Source of the DNA: Phoronis australis | Lineage: Eukaryota; Animalia; Phoronida | Assembly: GCA_002633005.1 (NCBI GenBank) | Contig: NMRA01000510.1 | Location: 1-61,977 of the forward strand | Direction: 5' to 3' | Length of the DNA stretch: 61,977 nucleotides | In this document: in pieces, positions 1-12,338 of the stretch | Layout: each line of letters starts with the position of its first letter | Numbering within the stretch: the first letter of the stretch is position 1 | Notes under the pieces: model-generated | Databases searched by the model: none | What the model was told of the DNA's origin: nothing | What the model saw: only the letters and a program-made list of their open reading frames with translations | Translations under genes and position numbers: made by a program

Positions 1-809
1 ATGAAACAACAATGGCCGCCAGTGGCTGTCCAATAGGATTTCGCTAGGTGAAACGTCTCCCTCTCTACAGTCTCTGTTTTAAGCTATGTCCTAGCGTTAC
101 TGAACGGGAGGCTGTATTTTAGTAGTAGAACAGCGACCGGAAACAAAGTAACCAAATAATACGTACGAACAGTATACAAATAATGGCGCTTCTCTTGTAA
201 ATTATTGTCAATATATGGTGCACAACCTCACAAACTTCACACGAGCAACAAACAAACTTGTTGGAAGAGATTTCCAAGGTTACATATCTCTTCTAAGTTT
301 ACTGCTAAGGTTCACTATTGTGAATCCAGATTCAAGTCCGACAGTTATGTCTGCTACTAAATGAGGCGGAACTGACATTCAATTGTATACGTGTCCATTT
401 AGTAACCATTTTAAGGGTGTGCAAAAAAATGAAGAGTTCTTAAATTATTGATTGCTTTGTTTGCGAATGAGCTCAGTTCCAATCATTCACAATCGCGAAT
501 CCTGAATTTAAAACGACTTATTTTAAAACAGGGGCAACATCGGGGGCACGGGGTATTCTCAATCATTTCATGGTTGGGGCGACTTACGGACGGATTAGGG
601 AAAAGTGGAAGTAATTCTCTGATTTGGTGAAGACGGGCAAGACCTGGGTAACTTAGTAAATTTAGTTCCAACTCGGTACCTATTTCGAAGTGGTGGGTGA
701 GGTTGAAGTCGCTACAGATTAACTTCTTAGTCACATTTACGGTAAACGCACACCGCGGCCTCATTCAGTTGCACCTATACCATGCAAGTCTGTTCATATT
801 TAAGTTAAA

Positions 810-1059
810 CCTATAGGTCTGACCAAGTCTAAAGTTAACCTGGTTTAAGATCTTGAATTCGATCAGATCTAAAGAATATAGACTTCGTTGTTGAAATGAA
901 AACTGACTGAGACCAGGTCTAAATTGGAATACACCAGGTTTTACTAGACCACTGGTCTAAAAGTTAAGCCACCTTTATGAAATGCAGATTATCTTTAAGC
1001 CTGGTCTAAGTCCACTTTAAACCAGGCTTAACTTTTGGAACCACCTTTATGAAATCGGC
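810..1059. mobile_element. One end of a probable PIF/Harbinger-type MITE
   Basis: Repeated CCTGGTCTAA/AGACCAGG subterminal motifs and a twice-repeated CCACCTTTATGAAAT, ending ...TTTATGAAATCGGC. The opposite end was not identified. Confidence 0.35.
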
Positions 1060-3000
1060 TGTAATAGTCCAAGGCTCGATCTACAAGTTGGGGACGAGGT
1101 GAACTACCCGGGCTGTGTGAAATTTCTGGGTGTAACGGAGACACTGACGCAGTGGTCAGCCAGCTCGCTGTATAAAGGCTATAGCCAAAATCCAAATTGG
1201 TTTATCGTGTCCCTGTCAATAATATAACGGCATGATAAAGTTTATTAATGTTCGTACGTCAGGAATATAACAATCACGTCTTTTGTACACATACGCGCAC
1301 GCCGCAGATCACATCTCGGAAATTTCCGACTTGACGGATGACAATGAATGAGCACAATGAAATTAAACGTCGTTTTGCAGCTTGTAAGATTCATAATAAA
1401 CGCATTTTGAATATTGCAATGCATGTGTTCCAAAATCTAAATAACTTGGGTCCTATATTTTTGTATTCGTGCACGCCAAATGAAAGTAATCGTNGAAAGT
1501 AATCGTGATGTTGCTGTGTTGCAAAATCTCTTATACTGGGCCGATTTGAAAAATTGTTGTACTCATATTTGTTTTCGCTCTTCTCTTCAAATATTACAGT
1601 AAAAACTACGTAAAACTCTCCATAAAAAGTACAGTCTGCTACGCTAGATTGTAATCAGCTGATTATATCCGCATGAGCGAAGCCAATTATCCTCGCTCCT
1701 GACTCGATGAATGGAGCAGCTTGGCGCGGGATCCCTTTCGTGAGCCGAGCGCGACTCAGCCAAGGTCTAGTTCAATCTGCCAAACCCCACCTTTTACCTT
1801 GACAGGCTGGGTTTGGGCCAATCTTATTTAGTAGGAATGTTTATAGCATGGCCCCCTTTAGTGGAAATGTTTAAAATGATGATCATTCCTTACACCTGTG
1901 CTCTATGCGATGCACACGATGGACGCGTACGCTCCGCATTGCTCGTCTTCTTTTTAACTCAGGTGAAACGCTTTTAATGTTGTGGTCATGAGTCTGCTTT
2001 GACACTGACTCGAAACTGAATGGGCTCACTTTTGGCGGGGGCAGTAGCAGTAATTTTTACAAATTATGATTTTGAATACATGTAGGACCAATCCGAACTT
2101 ATAGGACTCCAACTCAACTTCACACGTAAACTGGCTGCGGTTTTCGAATCCATTTCTCAGTGCACGGACATCAGTAGTAAAGCGCACAGAAAATTTGATA
2201 TTATTGGATACCGAATGCTAATCCCAGTGAGAGCTGAGCGAGTACATCTTCCGGCAATTGATAAGTTTTTTATCGAGCATACAATCTATTCACTGGCACA
2301 TTTGTTGGTTACAGTTCAACAAGTGTTCAACCAACATGCACATACTAAAAACGTCTGCAGTCACAAAGTTTACTTAACTATTTAAAATGTGTTTACCAAG
2401 TTGTTTTTAATTCACGAAAAATTAATGCTATACGCGACCCACCTTCTACCCCAAAATCAACTATGAATGATTTGGACCAAAGAAATAACCTCACGTTTCT
2501 CCCTGCTCAGGTTACAAAGAAGTGATTTGTGAGCGATGAAAGACACTGAGTTCATCAGTTAACTGGAGCTGGATGGTCATTCTGGCTGGTCATTGTATAA
2601 GGCCTTGTAACGACCAATCATAAAAAGAGCAAAATTTTCCAGGTGACGAATGTTTCAACAAATAAATAGGCTTGTGTGATAGGAATATTTTTGTGTAGTA
2701 AAAGTTAACTGCAAAAGACGTTTTTGCATGAATAATGTTAAAAAATGATAGAATTAAAGAAACGAAAATGAGTTAACTGAAAATCAAATAAGAAGAAATC
2801 GAAACCAAAAAGAGGATATCCTCTTAAGAGGAAAATGAAGAGTCCTGTTCTATGCCCAAAAGGCCAACCTCACCAACATCCCATTCGGACAGTTCTTTAG
2901 AAGTTGAGACAATGAGAAATAAACAATTTGAGACCACTGCCATGTAACTGCCGGATGGTCCAAACAAAATGTGAGTTCTGACAGAAAGCAGGTTTAACTA

Positions 3001-3030
3001 CACCACCACCACCACCACCACCACCACCAT
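3001..3030. repeat. (CAC)n microsatellite
   Basis: About 10 CAC units. Confidence 0.95.
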
Positions 3031-3432
3031 GACGTTCACATAGTCATCTACTATCAGGTAAGCACAGACTACTGAAGTGTTCGCGAGATTTCGACATGGG
3101 TATCACCAGAGAAGCACACTTAACTTTTCTCGCGATTGATTTTATCTAGGGAACGCAGTCAGTCCTACTTAAACAATGTAGGTCACCATCGCACAACGAT
3201 ACATACAATCACATTCCACATGATCAAGAATACACAAGCTTCAGGTGTATTACAAAAGTAACCCTGGAACTATTAATCAGTCAGCTCCAATTCAGAAACA
3301 ACGAAACAGGAAATGGGTAATGCAGCACTTTCTAACAGTGTGAATGACTCAATTCACCACTTGCATTTACAAAGAGTTTGAAGGTGCTGCATTATGTAGT
3401 GAATATACTAGTTCAGTGAGTGTTGTGGGAGC

Positions 3433-3680
3433 CATGGGCGCACCCAGGGGGGCTCGAACGAGCCCCACCAATTTGGCGAAATGGACAAAAAGGTCCGACT
3501 CAGTGAAACAAAAAGCACGAGTAAATGAGACAAATGTCCACAAAGTCCACAGGAATTCGGGGCGGATGTGCATTTGGCGGGCCTGAAGCTAGTGGCCCTG
3601 TTTTTTTAACCCTCGTTGATTTTTTTTCAGTAGAAGGTCCGCATCGAGCCCTCCAATATTTTAGGCTGGGTGCGCGCATG
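3433..3680 (+). mobile_element. MITE family A, copy 1 (CA..TG termini, 5-bp TSD)
   Basis: TIR CATGGGCGCACCCAG / CTGGGTGCGCGCATG; TSD GGAGC at 3428-3432 and 3681-3685; subterminal GGGGCTC-GAAC-GAGCCCC hairpin. Confidence 0.9.
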
Positions 3681-5249
3681 GGAGCTACTGAAGAGTTCAA
3701 CATCTCATTGAATGAATTCTCATTTCCTCATCCTGGAATTGTATCTTACACACTTAAATACCACTAATAGAAACCATTATGAACATTTACCTGATAAATC
3801 TCTTATCGAACAGAGTTTTCATTTGATGCAGACATGTAATATGTGGGAAATGGGTAAAGGTCAGAGTTACTTAAAAAAAAAACAAAAAACAAACACACAG
3901 TAAAAAATTAATTACTGGTCACCGAAGTCAATGGTCTTCTTTCGCAGAGGTAGAAAAATACTTCATGTTAAAAAGTGGAGCCCCTAACAGACAAGTGAAC
4001 AATTTATCAGGCCTCACTCAGCCAATCAAATATGCCGATGTCTGCATTGCAACTCACTATGGAACAGTAAAAAAGTGGCTTATGAGTAAAAAAGGGTACT
4101 TAAACCGTTATAAAACTCTGACCAGAGAATGTGATAGCAATTAGCACAAAGGTATTACCAATGCCTTCCAGATGTTCTGGCAATTGGTTATTAGTCCTAA
4201 TTCTGACAACACAGAAGATTTTCAAGTCCTGGTGCAAAAGGCATATTTGTGAATAACTATTACACAGTTACCGGTATATCCATTTGAGAAAAGACAAAAT
4301 GACAAGCAAAATTTAAACACTCCATAGTCTTAATAAAGTACAAATATACAACCTTAACAACATTAAATATGCAATGGGCCAATAAATTACCTAATTACCA
4401 CATGACCAACAGACAAGAAAACACTGTTCAAAATTATTTACACAAAATGTCTGAAACATGCTATTCAAATTACGCTGCTATATATTGCTACTACAGTTTA
4501 TTATGAGTATATCATTAAGTGGACTGACTTCATACAAACATATCTCCACAAATCAGCCAGAGTGGTAGACACTTAGACCCAGAACACATAATCTACATGC
4601 TTGAGGAGATATCACTTTTTGAAATAGTGCCAACATATTGTCAAGAAATAAGCCATATCACCAAATGGCAACAGAGTATTCACTCAGAGGGTAAATATTC
4701 AGTGCCTCGGCACAAACTCCATTTGTGAGTTCATGTAAAATCTCCTACTTGCACTGTATGAACTAATACAATACATGTATTCGTGCGACAAAATCTCACC
4801 AATTTCAGAAAACTATAATTCACTAAAAAATTTTTTTTCTTTTTTCAGAGACTTCTAACATTGTTGTGACTTTATAAGAAACACTACCTATGGCATGGAT
4901 ATTAAAAATGAAGTAACTCTCTTATGAAGTGTTCTCAACTGATAAGATTTTACTGTCACGTCATTTTGAATATACTATTGACAGCAATGACTGTAAACTT
5001 GCTTGATGTGATACACCTAATGCCAGACGCATTTATATGTGTGCAAACATGATTACAACAAGTACCTTTAAGAAATTTCAATTTTTGTAAGGATTCACAA
5101 ACAAAGAATTCCAACAATTCCTTTAAAGCAAGCTAACTGTTATAGGAAAAAGCAATTAAATGAGCATGATTTTCAATGGAAAAAAAATGCATAACACAAA
5201 AATGCCCTCCTGACACAAGTGCAGAATTTGAAAGACAGTCTGTTTAGCC

Positions 5250-5347
5250 TTACAGCAGAGATTTCTCAATCATGATCTGCTCAAAGCCATCTGGTGGTGT
5301 GTGGTAAAAGTTACTAAATTGCACATCCATGATAGCACCTTCGTCAA
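5250..5347 (-). CDS. SPRYD7: SPRYD7 last coding exon
   Basis: ttacag|TTGACGAAGG...CTGTAA; VDEGAIMDVQFSNFYHTPPDGFEQIMIEKSLL*. Confidence 0.93.
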
Positions 5348-8303
5348 CTGTAAAAAAAGAAAACATACTAATTACAATTATGAAGAATTATTAATTACTC
5401 ATAACCTGCACAAACTGTACCAAAGCATTTGAAAGTAAAGTGGCAATTCTGAAGTTCACATCACAATGATTATAGCTTTTGTGATGGTTTTAACTGTAAG
5501 CCAGATATAACCCTATGCGAGGATGGTTAGCAATCAGTTGTAATGGTTGTAACCCAGTGTGAACAGTCAGCACAGTTGTGAAAGTTATAACCAACGTACT
5601 TTGTATATGAGGCTAACTGAATACTACATAGCACACCAAACAAAAGCAGCAACTTGGGTTTTAACACTGTTGTTACTCTTGGCATGAACAGCTACTGTAG
5701 AATTTAAATAAAAGTTGTAATGGTGCGAAAGTTATTACCTGGTTTAGTTGGTGTGAACACAACAAATGACACAAAAGTACAAACTGTAGAACTTATGTTG
5801 GTGATTAACAGACAATGCACAGAGTATATTCAGGCAGAGACAATTGCACATGAAGTGACTGACATAAAATACTGGAATACCACGAACATTAATACCTGCC
5901 ACTTAGAAGTTGGGAAAATGCCTAAGTTTGAATCCTTCAACTTGAACATGCTGGGTGAAAACTAAGTATGGTACATGCAGTTGTCAGTCGGGTGAACTCA
6001 CAGCAGAAGAAAACTTGCTTACATGAATGTCACTGTTGCTAACAAAAATGCAACATGGTGACTTAACAACTAGCAAAGCCTGGGTACTAACTGGCCACAT
6101 GTGAGCTGTTGGTGATAGATGAGTGAGCAGAACAAACTTTGCGTTTTCAGCTAAAACTGCAATAATTGTAGTGAAGAGTTTTAGACCTCAACCTTACCAT
6201 AAAACAATGGATAGACAGTGCCTTTGACTCCTCTGAAAGGGCTGTTCAGCTGCTTGCCGTTCAGGTAAAAATTCAGTTCTACGTGATCATAAGTTAAACC
6301 CTGAAATCAAAATGTGGCAAAATTAAGATAAATGTAATCAAGAAAAAACAAAACTTAATTAAAAACAAATTGGTCACCTAACACAAAACAGCGCAAGTGA
6401 AATATAAAGCCAATAGTCCGCCGGTGATTACAAAAACCATTTAGATCATGTTTTGGTTATAAACCAACAGTACATTGCATCTGTTAAAAGCTCAAAAAGA
6501 CAGTATATTTGGTGAAGAAATTTGTATCACCAAAATGGCCAGCAAGAAATCATAAAATGTTAATTAGCAATATTTTTAGCAAAGTCTAATACTCTGACCA
6601 AATAGTTTTTTGTTTCTTTCTTCGTTCACACCCTACATTTTTTAACCTATCAACATGAAATTTCCAAACAACAATCCTCACGAACAGTTTAAGGCTAATT
6701 GTTTTTGATTGAAATCAGACCCAAGATGACACTGTGGGTCCATTTCCAACTTTTTTGCTCCATTGTCCTATGAGGGATCTTCCCTGAAATTTAGTACGGA
6801 GATAAGTTCTCCTCTCTTGCTATCTGCAATCTGCTTTTCACTTATGTTAGATCATTTCTTTTTATTAGTATTATGTCAGTTTGAAAATCTGTTTATACAC
6901 TGTTTATACACTGTTTATACAAAGTATCCCACAAACTAATCATTTTTGGAAATGTTGTGCTGATCAGTGCTGTAAATGTCGAATAATGTGTTTACCAATA
7001 TGTCTCCCTCTTGTGGAATATCCGTCACCTTGGCGACTTCTTCATTGTTGTGGAACATGTAGCCATTATGTCGAAGTACCCAGCTGTCTGCAGTTGTACC
7101 CAGTGGAATGACATTTAAGTTACCTTTTCTTGTTGCAACACCAACACCCCACACACCTGTTAATAGAACCACCATACTAGTATGCAAGTAAGGAATAAGT
7201 GATATTTCCACACATTTTGTGTGTGTGAAATGAAAAGAGTGTATGAAATCATGTTATGAATCATCAATTCCCACAATGCAAAATCATTGTTCTTAATTTG
7301 CAGAGGTAGAAAAACATTGAGAATAGACACATAGCTGTTCATTATGGAAAAAAAATTCTATAAACTATTTCTAGACTGTTATATGCTCATAACTACTTGA
7401 CTAAGTCTTTATTCAGCAATAGAGATGTGGGGACCTTGAGTAACTTTTCATGAAACAATACATTCTGAGCTAATAGTGTTGGTCGCACCATTTGTGAATG
7501 ATCACAAATTTTGTCCATTGAGATTATACAGCGTTGGCAGTTTACGTTCTATAGTCTAGGATCTAGGTTGCAGAACAAATCACAAACAGTTGGAAAAATT
7601 CTTCAGTAGAAATCCTAACATGGAGGATGAACCAATTCATGAACTCGGTTCACTCCTTTACGTAACTGTGCATGATTAATTTACTAAAATGTTATAAAAT
7701 TTACAAACAAAGAAGACACAATCGTATAAATTTAAAAGTAATTGAAGAAAAAAGACAAATTCTAAAAAAAGCTATGGAGCATACAGCCTCTGACTCAGTG
7801 AGAAATACTATAAAGGGACATCATCGGCCAGAAAAGACTTTTTCTGAAATCAGCCTTAGCTCAGAATCAAGCCTGGAGTCCCTCCGGTCACAGTCAAGCA
7901 ATCTGATGGTAGAGTTAAATCCGACGCGATGAATGGCTGAGTAATTTACATGATCACCGACTTTCATTTCTCTGAATGTCTGGCAGACAATAGTGACAAA
8001 AGCTGAATTGTAATAAAAACATAAAACACATCGGATTTTATTGTTTCACAGCTCTGGTCATCCAAAAACAATCTTAGAAAATGCATTTTGGCCATAAAAA
8101 TGAAAATGTCCCTTTAAAGCTACGTTTAAGGAAAAACCTTAACCGCAAGTATGGCCACTATTTTTGGTGAAATCACCAAAACATACCTGAGGACTGTAGC
8201 TTAATTTCAAAGTAAGCTTTATTTTGAGCAATAGGAGCATTGGCTAGCACAGCCCCTGTACCACACACACGTCTACCGTTCTTCACAACTACCACGTCAT
8301 TAC
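5250..8303 (-). CDS. SPRYD7: SPRY domain-containing protein 7 (CLLD6/C13orf1 homolog), 5'-partial; join of complement(8187-8303, 6996-7156, 6198-6300, 5250-5347)
   Basis: Four phase-consistent AG/GT-bounded exons translate to GNDVVVVKNGRRVCGTGAVLANAPIAQNKAYFEIKLQSSGVWGVGVATRKGNLNVIPLG...PQEGDILGLTYDHVELNFYLNGKQLNSPFRGVKGTVYPLFYVDEGAIMDVQFSNFYHTPPDGFEQIMIEKSLL*. This closely follows the vertebrate SPRYD7 sequence as I recall it. Exon 1 was not found. Confidence 0.95.
6198..6300 (-). CDS. SPRYD7: SPRYD7 coding exon (fourth)
   Basis: tttcag|GGTTTAACT...TTTTATG|gtaagg; 103 nt; GLTYDHVELNFYLNGK...GTVYPLFY. Confidence 0.93.
6996..7156 (-). CDS. SPRYD7: SPRYD7 coding exon (third)
   Basis: taacag|GTGTGTGG...ATATTG|gtaaac; 161 nt; VWGVGVATRKGNLNVIPLG...PQEGDIL. 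Confidence 0.93.
7814..8113. mobile_element. Kolobok-like non-autonomous element
   Basis: ATAA|AGGGACAT ... ATGTCCCT|TTAA: short TIR and a TTAA-type target site. Confidence 0.6.
8187..8303 (-). CDS. SPRYD7: SPRYD7 coding exon (second)
   Basis: tttcag|GTAATGAC...TCCTCAG|gtatgt; 117 nt, phase 1-1; NDVVVVKNGRRVCGTG...KAYFEIKLQSS. Confidence 0.93.
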
Positions 8304-8485
8304 CTGAAATTTAATAAATTATTATAGTAAAATCTTACAAACTTATAAACACAATATGGCCGACAAGTGAACATTTATTGTCTGATTTTCCATAAAAGAT
8401 ATGTAGCACCAGATTGCTACTTTTCCATGTTCAATGTTTTGAAAAAAGTATGGGCATTCACAACGTTAGAAGTCTCTGGAAAATG

Positions 8486-9560
8486 AAATAAGAGCAACGC
8501 AAAGACTTGAAATGTTCCCACGACTGCACCGCAAACTGTATGCTTCTAGGAAACATTAGAATCAAAATAGCCATTAGGTAGTACAGGAAACATTGAACTT
8601 GTCCAGAAACGGAATGGCCTCGTCGTCTTTCTGACAGAAACCTCAATTTGCAAAATTTCATGCAAATCTATACAGGAACTCTCAAGACATGAGACAAATA
8701 TAAAAAATAGAATTGCCACTATGAGGTAGAGTGGTATAGTCAGATCCGTTCGAAAAAAGTTGTCATCAGTCACCACATTCAGAGGAATGCATATTTCACA
8801 AAAGATCCTTCAAGGGTTTAGGAGATAAAGCAGGGGATGCAAAAATGCCACTATGAGGCGCTACAGTTGATGGACCCATCTGAAAACCAATGGAAGTAGT
8901 GCTGTTGTGAGCAAGAAAACATCTGACAATTTTATTAATGATCCCTTGAGTAGTTTGGCGGATAAGATAGGCTGATGCCAAACACAGATAATAGAAATGG
9001 TCACTAGATGGGGCAAAATACGGCTAATCCATCCGAAAATAGAACGGTGTTGTCATCTACTTAATAGAATCCATAGAGTCCCAGAGATAGAGGACTTTAA
9101 AAAAAAAACTGTGAATTTCATCTCACAGGCAGTACATAAAAAAGCAACGTACATAGCGTTGCAATATGCCCATGACTGCTCCGCAAACGGGGTGACAGAT
9201 TGCACAGAATACGTACGTTAAACGCAATAAAAATTGGGCAAGTGCTGTCGTCTCTCTACTGGAACTTAAGCTATTTGCTAAATTTCATGAAAAAATGCCA
9301 ACGAAATTCAAATATGCTGAAGAAAACAAAAAAAATATAATTCCCAAAAGAGAGCATAGCAGCAGTCAGATTCACCTGAAAGCCATCGCCGTCCATTGTT
9401 GACACTTGCCAAATTTAATAAAGATCCTGTAAAGGATTTAGGAGATGCAACCATGGACATCATATCCTCTGACTAAATAGTGTAAAATTGACCTGTTAAA
9501 GAATTGGGCAACTGAACGGCTCATGGCGGCCCCATGGCTATGGGATGGCCACCATCTGTA
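8486..9560 (-). mobile_element. Interspersed repeat family B (Helentron/HINE-like), copy 1
   Basis: Blocks at 8890-8982 and 9380-9452 are reverse-complement matches to 35690-35930. The end AAATAAGAGCAACGCAAAG... recurs at 47791. Superfamily is inferred, and the distal boundary is approximate. Confidence 0.5.
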
Positions 9561-10079
9561 CAGGGGCCTGTTGAGACGGTGGTTCTGTCTAGTGTGACAC
9601 GTCTCACTACAACTCACTCTCGTTTAGTACGTATAATGTATCTGTAGTGAGTGTAGTAATGTAAAGGCCTCTCTTAGTTACTCGCCTACAGGCAATTGCT
9701 CTTTGCCTCTTGGATCAACTGGTTAAGATGCCTGGCATTGGAGCAGGACTTGGTCTAGGTGACTTTTCACCACATCATTCCAGATGATACCGGTTTTTAG
9801 AGGCCTCATATCAAATTTTCTTTTGTTAGTCACCAGTTTCAGCCTTTTCTTCCATGTCACGACGCAAGTGTCACTTATTTATCACGCTGAAAGAATACAT
9901 GCATCAACTCAAAACTGTTGTCAATTAGAGATAAAAAATATCAAAACCTTTAGGCTAATTTTTACAGTATTTCTTCCGCGAAAGAAGTATTCTACACTAA
10001 ATTTTCTCAAGGAATTAAATTTCAGAAGCAAAACACATTAAATTACCAGTTTCTGTCCTAAACATTTCACTTTATTTAA

Positions 10080-10660
10080 AGGAGAATGCCACCCGATTTA
10101 ATTCGTCTTTTTTACCATCTTAATCGGTCTATATCCACATCGCCTCTTATACGGTCGACCTCACCTTGCCGAGAGGTGTCGCGTTAACCTGTGAGGAAGG
10201 TGAGACACGATGCAGCGACGTCAGTGGTTCGTCTGCAAAGTTAATGCCGCTATATTGCGGTGCATCGTTTTCGCTTGTCCGAACTATGAAGCTGCGAAGA
10301 GAGCGGGTATATCGTTTTTTCGACTTCCTCGAGAGCCCAAAATGCTTAGGAAGGTAGTGAAGAATGAAAGGTACGCTGTTAATAGCAAGTATGAGGCCGT
10401 GAAACATCCCCGTGTCTGTGGCCGGCATTTCGTCGATAGTGATTTCTCTGACGAATTCCGGCTTACCAAAAAAATATCCATGCGTTCCGTTGTCTGTGCA
10501 TGTTCACGGCGCCTCTGCAGCATTTCTTGATCAGTGTATTCCGGTTCGAACTGATAACCTGTGAAACCTAACGATCCGACCCGTAAAGTCTTCGTCGGAT
10601 GAGCACTTGACCAAGTCGGGATTGGCGCCGGACGAGTTGCCATGTATTCTGCGTTCTGTT
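10080..10660. mobile_element. Internally deleted Kolobok-like DNA transposon relic
   Basis: TTAA|AGGAGAATGCCACC terminus at 10080, a THAP relic on the plus strand and a convergent ORF stub on the minus strand. The right TIR was not found. Confidence 0.55.
10243..10470 (+). pseudogene. THAP zinc-finger relic (transposase N-terminus)
   Basis: RCIVFACPN...GISFFRLPREPKMLRKVV...RVCGRHFVDSDF shows the C2CH THAP signature. The conserved Trp is lost and the nearby ATG is out of frame. Confidence 0.75.
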
Positions 10661-11371
10661 TCACAATGAATTATTCTCATCCTAACTAATGCTTATATTT
10701 AGAAACAAAGTCTGTTTCATTGGATACAATTTGTAATGCATTTGCAGTATTCGTGAGTGCAAATGTTGAGAAGCCAGCAATGAATAAACCACTGCGTTAC
10801 CGGCTTTTAATGCCGGCAATAAAGGTAATTGACTGGGTACCGAGGCCGTGTGAGCGCTAATTCACTGTTTGCAGACAGAAAGCTGATGTGAAACAATTAC
10901 TCGATTTTATATGCTATGGTCACATGTTAGTGGAATCTTTATACAAACACATTATTCAAATCATTGTTAATGTACAACCTTTGCCCTAACGGTCTGTGGA
11001 AGGGGAACCCGACTTCGCGGCCCCCGACAAGTAAGTACATTTTCAGTTTTGTGGCTAATAATTACAAGCACATTATTTCTTTGGCTCACTTTTATAGTCT
11101 TTTCATGAATGGAGGTTTAGTTTCCAACTCAAGCTGGTTTATGTTCGTGCCAGTCCCGGCGGCCACGAGGGACCATATCGGGTTCCGAGCCACTGGTCAG
11201 AAAAACGAGTCAGTCCAGCCGCGATGGGCCTGATCGGGTTCCGAGCCAATGGCCGCGATAACAAGTGTTTTGTGTTATTAGAACTAAAAAAATACAAGTT
11301 TAGGTTCTCTTGTCTGTATTTCACGAAAGAATACTTCAAATTTATCTCCGAACAGACCTCAAACTCCTGCT

Positions 11372-12227
11372 NNNNNNNNNNNNNNNNNNNNNNNNNNNNN
11401 NNNNNNNNNNNNNNNNNNNNNNNNNNNNNNNNNNNNNNNNNNNNNNNNNNNNNNNNNNNNNNNNNNNNNNNNNNNNNNNNNNNNNNNNNNNNNNNNNNNN
11501 NNNNNNNNNNNNNNNNNNNNNNNNNNNNNNNNNNNNNNNNNNNNNNNNNNNNNNNNNNNNNNNNNNNNNNNNNNNNNNNNNNNNNNNNNNNNNNNNNNNN
11601 NNNNNNNNNNNNNNNNNNNNNNNNNNNNNNNNNNNNNNNNNNNNNNNNNNNNNNNNNNNNNNNNNNNNNNNNNNNNNNNNNNNNNNNNNNNNNNNNNNNN
11701 NNNNNNNNNNNNNNNNNNNNNNNNNNNNNNNNNNNNNNNNNNNNNNNNNNNNNNNNNNNNNNNNNNNNNNNNNNNNNNNNNNNNNNNNNNNNNNNNNNNN
11801 NNNNNNNNNNNNNNNNNNNNNNNNNNNNNNNNNNNNNNNNNNNNNNNNNNNNNNNNNNNNNNNNNNNNNNNNNNNNNNNNNNNNNNNNNNNNNNNNNNNN
11901 NNNNNNNNNNNNNNNNNNNNNNNNNNNNNNNNNNNNNNNNNNNNNNNNNNNNNNNNNNNNNNNNNNNNNNNNNNNNNNNNNNNNNNNNNNNNNNNNNNNN
12001 NNNNNNNNNNNNNNNNNNNNNNNNNNNNNNNNNNNNNNNNNNNNNNNNNNNNNNNNNNNNNNNNNNNNNNNNNNNNNNNNNNNNNNNNNNNNNNNNNNNN
12101 NNNNNNNNNNNNNNNNNNNNNNNNNNNNNNNNNNNNNNNNNNNNNNNNNNNNNNNNNNNNNNNNNNNNNNNNNNNNNNNNNNNNNNNNNNNNNNNNNNNN
12201 NNNNNNNNNNNNNNNNNNNNNNNNNNN
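11372..12227. other. Assembly gap (856 N)
   Basis: Run of N. Confidence 1.
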
Positions 12228-12279
12228 TTAATTAATAAACTCAACATTTCCCTACGCTCTTGCTGTTTTACTTTTTTGC

Positions 12280-12338
12280 GGCAGCCAAGGGGGGGGGGGG
12301 GTGTCGGGTCCCCTGCCACCCCCCTAAATCCGCCTATG
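12280..12338. mobile_element. Right end of a MITE (other end probably in the gap)
   Basis: G-run/C-run hairpin followed by the terminus CCCCCTAAATCCGCCTATG. Confidence 0.5.
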
